DNA from: Octopus sinensis
Taxonomy: Eukaryota
Reading direction: 5' to 3'
Length of the DNA stretch: 64,000 nt
NCBI RefSeq assembly: GCF_006345805.1
Contig: NC_043000.1
Location: 75,764,001 to 75,828,000 of the forward strand
Each line of letters opens with the position of its first letter. Position 1 is the first letter of the stretch. A model generated the notes under the pieces. The model worked only from the letters and a program-made list of their open reading frames with translations. It was not told the origin of the DNA and did no database searches. Positions 11,195 to 22,092 of the stretch are shown one piece after another. Made by a program: the position numbers and the translations under genes.

Positions 11195-12021
11195 TTACAT
11201 ACAAACATACACATAGACACATACATATTTTATGTGTTGAGAAGGGTGGTTACTATAGTGGTATGTATTTTTCTTTTCATATAATTATAAACAAACACAT
11301 AAACATACAATATGTTTACCATTGAGGGCTTGAGATTAAGGTCCACAATATGGAGATTAGAGTTTATATTAATATTTGTGATATTAGTAGTAAATTCCCA
11401 GGTATTAATCGAGATACTGTATTATATTCTGTTATTTTTTGGTTATCGAGTTGCTAAAACCCTGCGGGAATTGGGAAAGGGCTTATGGTCAGCCACGTAA
11501 TCTAATTAGTCATCAATTGTTTGGAAATGCCATGACTTTGTTATGGTTGGTTAATGGATAACCGATAACATAAATAACAAACTAGGTAAAAATATATGAA
11601 TGTATAGAAATATAAAAATATGTCAGGGTTAACTATTAGTAGATAGGATAGTAAAACTCAATAAAGAAATTAATATAAGGACTTCACTCTATTATATTAG
11701 ATTAAATTAATTTAAATTATGTTAAATTAAGAAATATATAAGTAAAATGTGGATGAATTGATATGTTAGTATTTTAGGTTAAAGTGATATTACTAAGGGG
11801 ATGTGATTTTAATAGACTGCATACGAAAGATGAGTTACTACAAAGTTTTAAAACCTTATATAATAATACACATATCTGTCTAATTAGGGGAATCATTTGT
11901 ATATTTACTAAAACATATGGGTAATACAAGGGTAAAATTATATGTTGGAAGTTATTTGAACCAAATTCTAATAAGGGACAGTATACCAAAAGTGACCGGA
12001 CAAGTTGTTTTACTGAATTGT

Positions 12022-12275
12022 TATTTATCGCTAAAACTATGTTTAAAATATATTATCTGATAAAATACATCAAATGCAATGCTCTATGCAACAGTGTTGA
12101 GTTACTTAAGGAACTAACTCAATATATACCCTCATCTACCCTATTTTATATACCTGCATGTTACTAAGTTGTCATTATTTATCACTAAAACTATGTTTAA
12201 AATATTTTATCTGATAAAATATATTAAATGCAAGGCTCTATGCAATAGTGTTGAGTTAATTAATGAACCAATCAG
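12022..12275 (+). repeat. ~95-bp direct duplication (12022-12120 / 12176-12275)
   Basis: TTATTTATC(G/A)CTAAAACTATGTTTAAAATAT...GCTCTATGCAA(C/T)AGTGTTGAGTTA occurs twice. Confidence 0.8.
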
Positions 12276-12814
12276 TCATTCAGTCCTTTAAAACATTTAA
12301 TTACTTTTAATGTTATATTTAAGTGGAGTGGGAGGAGGTTAAGTTATAAGTAGAATGTTTATGTTAATATGTAAATAAGCACCAATTTTTTGCTTAATGG
12401 AAGGGAGGTAATTCTGGGTTATCACAGAGTTAGAATTAAAATAATAGCATACTTAAATATTTAGGTGATTAACCAACAGGCCCATTATTCAATCAATTAA
12501 TTTATTTATTTATTGTTTCTGTAATGGGGTTGCATATCAATGCCTGCATCTATATACATACACACACACACACATGTATATATATACAGGCATATATAAA
12601 AAAAATCATGATTAAGTCTAAAGGGTAGTACTAGATAATGTTATTACTTTGTATACTTGTGGGGTGCAACTTAATATAAATAAGCTAGTCAATGTGTATT
12701 TGCTAAAGGTACCAGCATAAACATAAACACACAAACCCACATGTGTGTGTGTGTGTGGTTTATATATATACATATATATTAATACAAAAGTAACAATAAT
12801 AGTAGTATATACTT

Positions 12815-12853
<39 letters not shown>

Positions 12854-14415
12854 CATGTATATAATTATAGCTAAGTCAATATATACTCTCTTTTATACAC
12901 CTGCATATCCATCATATTATTATATAATACAGTAGAACACCAACAATAACTCGAATAATTATTATTATTATGTCAGTAGGGGTTTTGAATCCTAGGTGCT
13001 AGTGATATTTGGAAAAGGTATACCTAGTTTTATGAAAACAGGAAATGTTACGTTCCTTAAAGCTGTTAAAAAGCGGAAATTTAAACCCAATTATAAAGAA
13101 AATTTCATTAATACGTAACTTATATTTTCTATTTCTAGTACTGTACGCTGGTGCTGTTGTTAGTATTTTCCAATTTAAATTATAGTTAATTCCCCCTTCT
13201 TAAGTTCCCATATAGAGTTACTTAACCATGTAGAATTCCTCCTATTTCTGTTTCTAAATGTATACTTATGGTGATTCAGCCTCTGTTTTATAATGTTTTA
13301 TGTCGCTCCTACATATACCTTGCTGTCATATTGTACTTACTATACATTGATACACTACCTCCTTTCTAATGCAGCTATTATTAAATATACAATTATTACT
13401 TATTCTACAATCACGTTCTATGTGGCTGTGTGGGGTTTACTGTGGCTATTATTGATACTAATAATGTTATTATTGCTTTTACTATTGTGATCATTAGTGT
13501 TAGTATTATTACTATTATTATTGTTGGTTAGGGTAATTTACTTATTATTTTCATTGTTGCTATTATTAATATTATTATTATTATTATTATTCTGTTATTA
13601 TTATTGTTATCACCAACCATGCAATTTCTATTATTATGATTATTATTATTATAGTTATTATTATTATTATTTGTGTTTGTATTCTGTTATTTTTTCTACT
13701 TAGAAGGTGTCCAGTTTTCTATTGTTAATTGAGGAGATGATGGTAGCCAGGTTATGTGTTAGACTGTATCCTATTCTTATTGTTTTGTTATTGATTATCC
13801 CCCAATATTTGGCTTTTTTCATTTGTAAAATGTTTGTTAATTAATCTAAATATTGTTTTTACTGTGTTATTCTTAATTTGCATAGGAAAAAGGATGATTA
13901 ACCATAGAGAATCTATTTCATTATTTCCCTTATTAGGGTTTTTTTATATTACGTGTAATTTCAGTTATTATTTTATTTTTATATTTAACAATACTATTAT
14001 TGTTATAATTTTTACTATTATTACTAACGATTTTATTATTATTATTGTTTTTGTTATTATGTCTATTATTATTTATAGGTTACCTTCTATTTTTAATATT
14101 TCTTTATTATTATTATTATATTTATCCTTGGTAGTGTTACAGTTGTCTAAATTTTGAGGGCTGGAGGTAGTTGCTCTATATAGTTAATATTTTGGGGGAG
14201 AACATTTTTTAGTGCTATGTTGTATTTTTCTTTATGTTTATTAAAGATCTTTTCATTAGAGGAGAAGTCTGAAATTCTTTTACTTATATTTAGTAGGAGG
14301 GCTTTTTTTATTTGCAAGGGATGGTTACTAGAATTGTTTATATAATGTAGAGTTTTCTTTTACATAAGGCTCATGGAGTCCGATATTTAAGTTACAATTT
14401 GCATCTAAATAGTTT

Positions 14416-14593
14416 ATAAGAATAGGCGTAGGAGTGGCTGTGTGGTAAGTAGGTTGCTTACAAACCACATGGTTCCAGGTTTAGTCCCACTGCGTGGCAC
14501 CTTGGGCAAGTGTCTTTTACTATAGCCTCAGGCTGACCAAAGCCTTGTGAGTGGATTTGGTAGACGAAAACTGAAAGAAGCCCATTGTATATA

Positions 14594-14636
<43 letters not shown>

Positions 14637-14844
14637 ATGTGTGTGTATATGCTTGTTTGTCCCCCCAACATCGCTTGACAACCAATGCTGGTGTGTTTAC
14701 GTCCCCGTAAACTTCGCAGTTCGGCAAAAGAGACCGATAGAATAAGTACTAGGCTTACAAAGAATAAGTCCTGGGGTTGATTTGCTCGACTAAAGGCGGT
14801 GCTCCAGCATGGCCACAGTCACATGACTGAAACAAGTAAAAGAG
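14416..14844 (+). mobile_element. Full-length tRNA-derived SINE family A with 10-bp TSD
   Basis: TAAATAGTTT at 14406-14415 and 14845-14854; A/B boxes; internal TA/TG satellite; GTAAAAGAGT tail. Confidence 0.9.
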
Positions 14845-14969
14845 TAAATAGTTTTCATTTTCTATAATTATGGATAGGCCAAACCTATTACAGAATTTAT
14901 GTAATCGCTTTTTAAGTACTTCAAGGCGTCTATTTGAAAGGTTCTTAACTAAGAATAGTATGTCATCTC

Positions 14970-15197
14970 TATATATATTTCTTTACTGCCCACAAGGGGC
15001 TAAACATAGAGGTGACAAACAAGGACAGACAAACGGATTAAGTCGATTACATCGACCCCAGTGCGTAACTGGTACTTAATTTATCAACCCCGAAAGGATG
15101 AATGGCAAAGTCGACCTTGGCGGAATTTGAACTCAGAACGTAACGGCAGACAAAATACCGCTAAGCATTTCGCTCGGCGCGCAAACGTTTCTGCGAG
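14970..15197 (-). mobile_element. tRNA-derived SINE family B
   Basis: Minus strand GCAGAAACG..GAAATGCTTAGCGGTATT...GAGTTCAAATTCC...CATCCTTTCGGGG..GATAAATTAAGTACCAG; homologous to 21845-22055. Inserted between the GL and YRDD codons of the PLE RT. Confidence 0.85.
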
Positions 15198-15601
15198 ACC
15201 TTTGGTTAATTCAGGAAATTCTCTACTTATATTATCCAAGATATACTGACCTACCAGGTCTGTCACTTCTGCTGAGTCTGGCGATCCCATGGTAATATCA
15301 AAGAGGTCCTCGCCCATGATTTGTTATCAAATTCGATAACGGTCTTAAGGGCAGTGAGTATCACGTTTACCTCCCTCATACTTAGGTTAGTGTATCTCTT
15401 TGCAAAAATGTGAGCACTATTAAGGACAATAGGGTCTATAGATGCATATGAATTTTTGGTTATATCTATTTTCTATCTGTATATTGGAGAATAAATCCAG
15501 TGCACCTTGTGTGTTCTTCCATAGTTCCAGTTTGACTATATTTTTAAGTGTTGTAGATATTTATTTAAAATTATTTTACTAACTTTACTTATGTCAGATT
15601 T

Positions 15602-15761
15602 TACAGTTGAGATGAGGAATTATGTACCTTATTTACATTTGACGCATATTTGTCCTCATCTTGTTTGTTGTTAACACATTTCGGCTGATATACCCTTCAG
15701 CCTTGGGGAAATTTCGAACCTGGGTTCTCATTCATAAGGTATTTTTTGATGTTGTTGTTAC

Positions 15762-15792
<31 letters not shown>

Positions 15793-17666
15793 GTTCAGGT
15801 CACTGCTTGGAATCAAACTCGGAATCTTGGGGTTAGTAGCCCGCACTCTTAACCACTATGCCATATGCCTATGGGCAATTATGGAGTGAATTTTAGGGCT
15901 TATAAATCTAATATTTTTCTATCCTTCCTTATTACCAGTTCCTATATGCTGCTCATATCTGCACTCAGTCTGCTTAGGAGGTTGTTGTGTCCTAGCATGT
16001 GCTGCTTCCTTTAGTTTTTGTATTTTCCAGGGGTTCTCTGTCTATTATTTTAACTTCATCCCACAGGGGGAGGTGGTCTCCATTTTTCCATACATGATCA
16101 GCTATACCCAATTTATCAATATCTCCTTGTGTCACAGCTTTGCGAAGTTCGTCTACCCTTATTTTGAGGGGGCGGCATGTTTTGCGTTTGTATAACCTAC
16201 CACAGCTGCATGGGATGGAGTACACGCAGTCTTTGGTCATATTCTCTTCTATTGGTGGTTTCACCAGAAGGAGATATTTGCGAAGTCCTGATGTCATATG
16301 GGCCGCATATTGTTTGTATCTTTTGGAGAGGCCTTTCACATAAAGTAGACAGACTGTAGACCGTTTATTGGCTTCATCCTCTCTCTTCATAATTGGAGTG
16401 GATAGTATGCTTTTGGGGTAGTTGTTGTTTAACAGATCGTTATTGAGCTTGATCATTTCTTTGTGGTGTGAATCACGATCGCTACTTATATTCTTTGCCC
16501 GATGTTTTAGGCACTGAGCAATCCCTCTCTTTACACTGTATGGATGGTGGGAATTGAATTTGAGGTATCGTCCAGTAAAGGTCAGCTTGCGGTATATGGA
16601 TGTCTGGAAGCCATACTTGGTGCTTGTTATTAATACGTCCAGGAATGCCAGCTGATTGTCTTTTTCCTTTTCCATTGTGAACTGTATGGATGGCTTTATT
16701 GAGTTCACATGATCTAACAGCACTTGGACATCTTCCTGGTGGGGCCAGAGTATAAAGGTGTCATCAACATATCGTAGCCATAGTATTGGTTTTAGTGGTG
16801 TTGATCCTAAAGCCACATTCTCAAAGTATTCCATGTATATATTGGTTATTACCGATGATAATGGTGAACCCATAGCTAAACCCTCCTCTTTTCAATATAT
16901 ATCAGTGTCCATACTAAAATAGGTAGTTTCTAGACAGAAGGTCAACATTTCCATCAAGTTTCTTATTGATATACTAATGCGTTCTTTTAGATGGGTGTCT
17001 GTCACTAGTTTTTCTTGTATCACTGATAGTACTTCACCAGTTGGGACTTTGGTGAACAGGCTTATCACATCTAGACTCACCATCCAGTTGGATTCAATGG
17101 GAGTATCCTTGATCAATTCTGTGAAGTGGGTGGAATTCTTCACGTACGATGTTGACTTTCCTGCTAATGGACTGATTATATCCACAAGGAAGCAGCTCAG
17201 TGGATGACATGCTGAACCTCTACAGCTCACTAAAGGTCTTATCCTTCATCCTTATGAATCTTAGGAAGACTGTACATGTGTAGTAGTTTACTGTGGTGTT
17301 GAGTCAATTGTCTGTATTTCATTGGTGTAAAGTGATCCTTGTTCTTGATCAAGATCTGTGACAACTTCCTCTCTGTTTTCAAAGTAGGGTCTTTCTTTAC
17401 TTTGCTGTAGCTACCATTACTTATAAAACTTGTCAACTTTTGCAGAGCAGTCAGACTTGTTCATCACCACTGTAGCATTTCCCTTGTCCACTGGAAGTAT
17501 GATGGAATTGTCACTCTGTAGTCTTTTGATAGCACTAAGGAACATCACTACGGAAGAAAAGTTTGCTATTTCACCAAGACACCTGAAGAAGGCTGGAGGG
17601 TATATCAGCCGAAACATGTTAACAACAAACAAGATGAGGACAAATATCCGTCGAATGTAAATAATG
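15602..17666 (-). mobile_element. Penelope/Poseidon-type element, 5'-truncated, with 3' pLTR and inverted partial pLTR, 12-bp TSD
   Basis: TSD TATGTCAGATTT at 15590-15601 and 17667-17678; RT segments ILPVDKGNATVVMNK, YSLPKIHK, MVSLDVISLFTKVP; 15645-15715 is the inverse of 17566-17672. Confidence 0.9.
15992..16873 (-). pseudogene. Poseidon RT (MGSPLS, RYVDD, FLDV, YRK, HHP) + GIY-YIG (CVYSIPCSCGRLY) ORF remnant, 293 aa
   Basis: ORF track; canonical PLE RT motifs. Upstream RT is frameshifted. Confidence 0.85.
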
Positions 17667-18375
17667 TATGTCAGATTTGTTGGGACATATTAGTGTTTTG
17701 CTAGGGAAGTTTTCTTTGTGGTCCTTAATTGTTACGTGTGGTCTAATCGGAGTAAAAGATTACATTTTATCACCTAAATTAAAATCTAGCATAATATTTC
17801 TGGCTTCTAGGTTTATCTTTTTTAGTGTGGTATTAGGTACTACCTTATATCTTTTTGTGATCTCTCTACGTATGAGTTTGTGGTATATGATGGGGTCAAT
17901 ATTGTATATGTTTCTAGTTTTATCTGAATGTGTTAAAATACCATTTCTGATTTTCTCTGGTAAGGATTATGTCTGAGGGAATGGTTTTTAAACCTGATGT
18001 TTTTAATGGTACTCCAAAGTTCTTGTTCAAAGTATTCTTAGTGCTTGTTAGCTAGTGGTGCTTTTCTGGATTTGAATATATGTTTAGCAAGTTCCAATAT
18101 TTCAGCGTTGTGATTGTTGCAGGTTCTTGAGTCAAACTGGGTAAGTTTCTTTTCATGATGATACACCTGCCATCAGATTCTATGAATGAATTCATTTATT
18201 CTAAAATATCAAGTTTAAAAACTATCCCCTCACACACAATCCTTACCAGAGAAAATTGAAAATTGTATATGTATAAGAATAAATAATTCATGTCCTCAGC
18301 AGTCATGGCCCATGTTTCACTGCCATGTAGCATGGCTGTTTGTACACATGCGTCATAGTCTACCTTTATATACAC

Positions 18376-18735
18376 ACTAGCACTATAACCCGGCAACACC
18401 GGGTCATAGTGATAGTGCATGCATATACAGCTGCGTGCGTGCGCACATACACGTGAGTACTGTCCAAATCTCTGACCAATCACATACAGCTAGCTGGCAT
18501 TCAATTGGTGTATCAAATTTCGGGCATTTTGATTGGGTTTTGGATAGAAAATTCACAAAAAAGTCACTTCTATTGATTTTTTAATGGCTTTGCAGGGTGA
18601 CTGGGGAAATGTAAAGATGTGCACAACCACCCTTGGACAGTTTTGAATGACTATAGAAAGTGCGAGCCCTCTAACTGAAAAATTGTGGATTTGTATAAAG
18701 GACACACACACAGACATTTTGCCGTTTATATATAT
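18376..18735 (+). mobile_element. Non-autonomous Helitron/HINE-like element
   Basis: 5' ACTAGC, subterminal palindrome ACCCGG-CAACA-CCGGGT, 3' ACACACAGAC...TTTATATATATA; family assignment by resemblance. Confidence 0.55.
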
Positions 18736-19133
18736 ACTAGCAGTATCGCCTGGCGTTGCTCGGGTTTGTAAGGGATATAATTATATAAGCATTTTTAGAG
18801 ATGTAAAGTATAATAGCCATCTCAATATGGCTAACCACAAAGGGGGAGGGGGTGTTACTGTAGCTTTTTACGTTCTGAGATTTAATAATAAATTTTAGAG
18901 AGTTACTTCCTTTATATATGTCAAAAATGGATTAAAAATGGGAAAAATTGATGGTAAATTTTTTTTTAAATCGTAGACTCATCGTAGACGCGCGCTAATA
19001 CCCAGACGGTCTCGATATGAATCACGACTATAAGATACCCGGTTTTGGTTAAACTGCACTGCAAAATGTGGGAGTAGTTAGGAATCTAAATCGTAGGAGA
19101 CAGACACACAACCTCACTTTTATATATAAAGAT
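18736..19133 (+). mobile_element. Non-autonomous Helitron/HINE-like element (second, head-to-tail)
   Basis: ACTAGCAGTATCGCC(T/C)GGCGTTGCTCGGG start shared with 20698; ends GACAGACACAC...TTTTATATATAAAGAT. Confidence 0.6.
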
Positions 19134-19195
19134 TTCCTCTATTTACATAATATTGAGGTCTCTTTCTTTCTTTTGTTATCTTACTGTTTTTACCA

Positions 19196-19234
<39 letters not shown>

Positions 19235-19244
19235 TATATATAGT

Positions 19245-19565
19245 TACAGAGATGTACTTGCATAGCAAGTGACTTGATCTGAGATCGTGTGCTGGAACGA
19301 AAACAGTTGCAGCATTGAAGGTGTTTATAAGCCATTTAAGAAACACACAAAAACCGTTAGATTCACTTCAACATTTAAATTTAATTTGTCAAAATATTTT
19401 CGTCGCTTTGAGACCGCGACCTGTTAGCACGATATTTTTGTCAGTGAACAGGTCGCGGTCTCAAAGCGACGAAAATATTTTGGCAAATTAAATTTAAATG
19501 TTGAAGTGAATCTAACGGTTTTTGTGTGTTTCTTAAATGGCTTACAAACACCTTCCACGCTGCAA
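19245..19565. mobile_element. PLE-LTR-like repeat with 119-bp inverted duplication
   Basis: Arms 19307-19425 and 19447-19565 (4 mismatches by eye), 21-nt loop, TA-satellite flanks. Confidence 0.7.
19437..19487 (+). ncRNA. Minimal type I hammerhead-like motif with G3:C8 core swap
   Basis: Stem I UUUGUCA/UGGCAAA; core GUGAACA plus one extra G; stem II GUCGC/GCGAC; GAAA; palindromic AAUAUU stem III; U17. Confidence 0.55.
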
Positions 19566-19619
19566 TATATATATACACACATATATATATATGTATGTAT
19601 GTATGTGTGTATATGTGTA

Positions 19620-19860
19620 TGCATGTATGTGTGTGTGTGTGCGTGTCTGTGCTTGTGATTGTCCTCCACCACTGCTTCACAACGAATGTTGGTTTGTTTA
19701 CATCCCTGTCACCTAGTGGTTTGACAAAGGAAACAGATAGAATAAGTACAATGCTTACAAAATTAAAACTGGAGTGGATTCATTAAACTACAATTCTTCA
19801 AGGCATTGCCCCAGCATGGCCACAGACCAATGGCTGGAAAAAGCAGAAGAATAAAAGAAT
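19620..19860 (+). mobile_element. SINE family A, 3' half (diverged)
   Basis: GATAGAATAAGTAC...CCCCAGCATGGCCACAG...AAAAGAAT tail. Confidence 0.65.
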
Positions 19861-19904
19861 ACATTCTCTGCTTTGGTCTTATGTTCAAGGCATGAGAAAG
19901 CTTG

Positions 19905-20215
19905 AGTTTACATGAGAAGGCCTAACAGACCTGGTAGAAACAGCAGCCAAATCTCCCTCATATCACACCTTACTGTCTTATGTATGTATATATATATGAG
20001 CCAATGAGGGGGACCTCTACATGGTAGCTAGACCTGGTAGAAATAGCAGCCAAATTTCCCCCAAATCACACCTTACTGTCTTATCTATGTATATATGTAT
20101 GTATGAGCCTATGAGGGAGACCCCTACATGGCAGCTAGACATGGTAGAAATAGCAGCCAAATCTCCCTCAAATCACACCTTACTGTCTTATGTATGTATA
20201 TATATATATATATAT
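19905..20215 (+). repeat. Three-copy ~105-bp minisatellite
   Basis: GGTAGAAA(C/T)AGCAGCCAAAT(C/T)TCCC..A.ATCACACCTTACTGTCTTA + TA/TG run, three times. Confidence 0.85.
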
Positions 20216-20219
20216 ACAA

Positions 20220-20687
20220 GCCACTACGGTTATTTAATGTAAAGTCTTCCTCAAATCACTCTCGCTATTTACTCTCTTCCAAGAACATTTTCACTCACTC
20301 TTATCTCTTAGCTTGCCATACATTTTACTCATGTATCTATCAGCGTGATAGACAGAAACAAATATTACATCGCCATCGCATTCTATTGTCTACCTGTCAA
20401 CACACACACAGTGAATTACTTTCATTTTATTCGCTGCACACTGTGTGTGTGCGTGTGCGTGTGGTGTAAACCACATTAAGAAAAGCATTTGACATACACA
20501 CCAGAATGTGAGTTTCCTGTAAATTTTGCTTAATTGGAGTTTAAATTTTAAAAACTGGACCTGGCATGACCCGATGCATTCTACTCTTAAAAATGCTAGG
20601 TAAATTGTAATTGAAGAAATCCTATATTGTAGATTTCTATAAGTTACAAAGGGAGGCAGATAAAATCTGCCTTTTATAATAAGAGAT
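20220..20687 (+). mobile_element. Helitron-like 3' end
   Basis: Terminal hairpin GGCAGA-TAAAA-TCTGCC followed by TTTTATAATAAGAGAT; duplicated at 21520-21803. Confidence 0.5.
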
Positions 20688-20697
20688 ATATATATAT

Positions 20698-21803
20698 ACT
20701 AGCAGTATCGCCCGGCGTTGCTCGGGTTGTAAGGGAAATAACTATATAAGCATTTTTAGAGAGTTATAGCCAAAAAATGCATTAAAAATTGAAAAAAAAT
20801 TAAGGTAAATATTTTTTAAATCGTTGACACATTGATTTTTGTACAAAACTGTAGTTGAACTGTTTACGAAGTATAATACGTGTTTTCACGAACGTACTAA
20901 AGAGATTTGCTCTGATATTCTCATTTAAATATGAATAGGTAAATTCGGGCGGCTTGGTAACTATATATAAGTGTCGTCTGTTTATACATAAACACTGTTT
21001 CATACTGCAATTATATATACATATATCTATATATAATATTATATAATAAAATATATACAGAGTAAAATAAAAACCAATTTACCTTTTCTGTCCTCCGTGT
21101 GTCTTTGCAAATGTGTTGGAATGATAAGTGAGTTGTGTTTTTGCGCCTTTTTTACTAATAACAAACACACACGTGTTTGTATGTAGTTGTATGTGTATGT
21201 AGTTGTATATGTATGTGTATGCGTGTGTGTGAGGAATGACACACACACACTCACGCACGCACACATGTACATCAATGCTTTCGGAGTGATATGTTAAAAT
21301 ATTGAGTTTTCTCGAATTTTGTCTTAATTGGGGGTGAAATTGAAAGAAATATATTATGGCATGAGCGAATGGAGTACTTTGAAAAATCTTAGGTAAATTC
21401 TAATTGAAGAAGTTGTGTGAGGATTAAATGGTTATGTATTTATTTGTTTCTGTTTGCTGTGTTTTTTTATTTTTTGAGTAGTGGTTTAAACACTTTCAGT
21501 TTAGTCTTCCTCAAATCAATCACTCTGTCGCTATTTACTTTCATTTTATTCGTTGCCCACTGTGTGTGTGCGTTTGCGTGTGGTGTAAACCAGACTAAGA
21601 AAAGCATTTGACACACACACCAGAATGTGAGTTTTCTGTAAATTTTGCTTAATTGGAGTTTAAATTTTAAAAACTGGACCTGGCATGACGCGATGCATTG
21701 TACTCTTAAAAATGCTAGGTAAATTGTAATTGAAGAAATCCTATATTGTAGATTTGTATAACTCCCAAAGGGAGGCAGATAAAATCTGCCTTTTATAAGA
21801 GAT
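20698..21803 (+). mobile_element. Composite Helitron/HINE-like element containing a piggyBac subterminal fragment
   Basis: ACTAGC start as at 18736; 20836-20962 matches 30298-30432; 3' hairpin end. Confidence 0.5.
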
Positions 21804-21844
21804 ATATATATACACATACATAGATACATACATATATATATATA

Positions 21845-22053
21845 TTTCTTTATTGCCCACAAGGGTCTAAACACAGAGGGGACAAACAAGGACAGACAAA
21901 GGGATTAAGATGATTAGATCAACCCCAGTGCGTAACTGGTACTTTATTTATCAACCCCGAAAAGATGAAAGGTAAAGTCGACCCCAGCAGAATTTGAACT
22001 CAGAACGTAACGGCAGACGAAATACCGCTAAGCATTTCACCAGGCGTGCTAAC

Positions 22054-22055
<2 letters not shown>
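21845..22055 (-). mobile_element. SINE family B
   Basis: Homologous to 14970-15197. Confidence 0.85.

Positions 22056-22092
<37 letters not shown>

Larger units (their letters stand above)
12960..18270 (-). mobile_element. Penelope-like element (Naiad-type), near-complete decayed RT + GIY-YIG ORF, interrupted by two SINEs and a Poseidon PLE
   Basis: Collinear relics: SDKTRNIY, TIKDHKENFP, KSDISKVSKIIL..WKNT, FDITMGSPDSAEVTDLVGQYIL, GL|YRDD, YLDAN..PY...SNHP, SLW...KHF...GYS..N, C.I.NNC....C..VVYQC, YVGAT..KQRLNHHK..STWLS..IWELK..W.I. Confidence 0.8.

Noticed and set aside
11240-12000. Possible additional PLE or LINE coding relic
   Set aside because: Only faint motif resemblance (WY.VPY, P.LEF.S); not supportable by eye.
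15798-15869. Possible tRNA-Ser gene
   Set aside because: Acceptor, D and T stems pair poorly and it sits inside a TE; treated as a tRNA-derived module.
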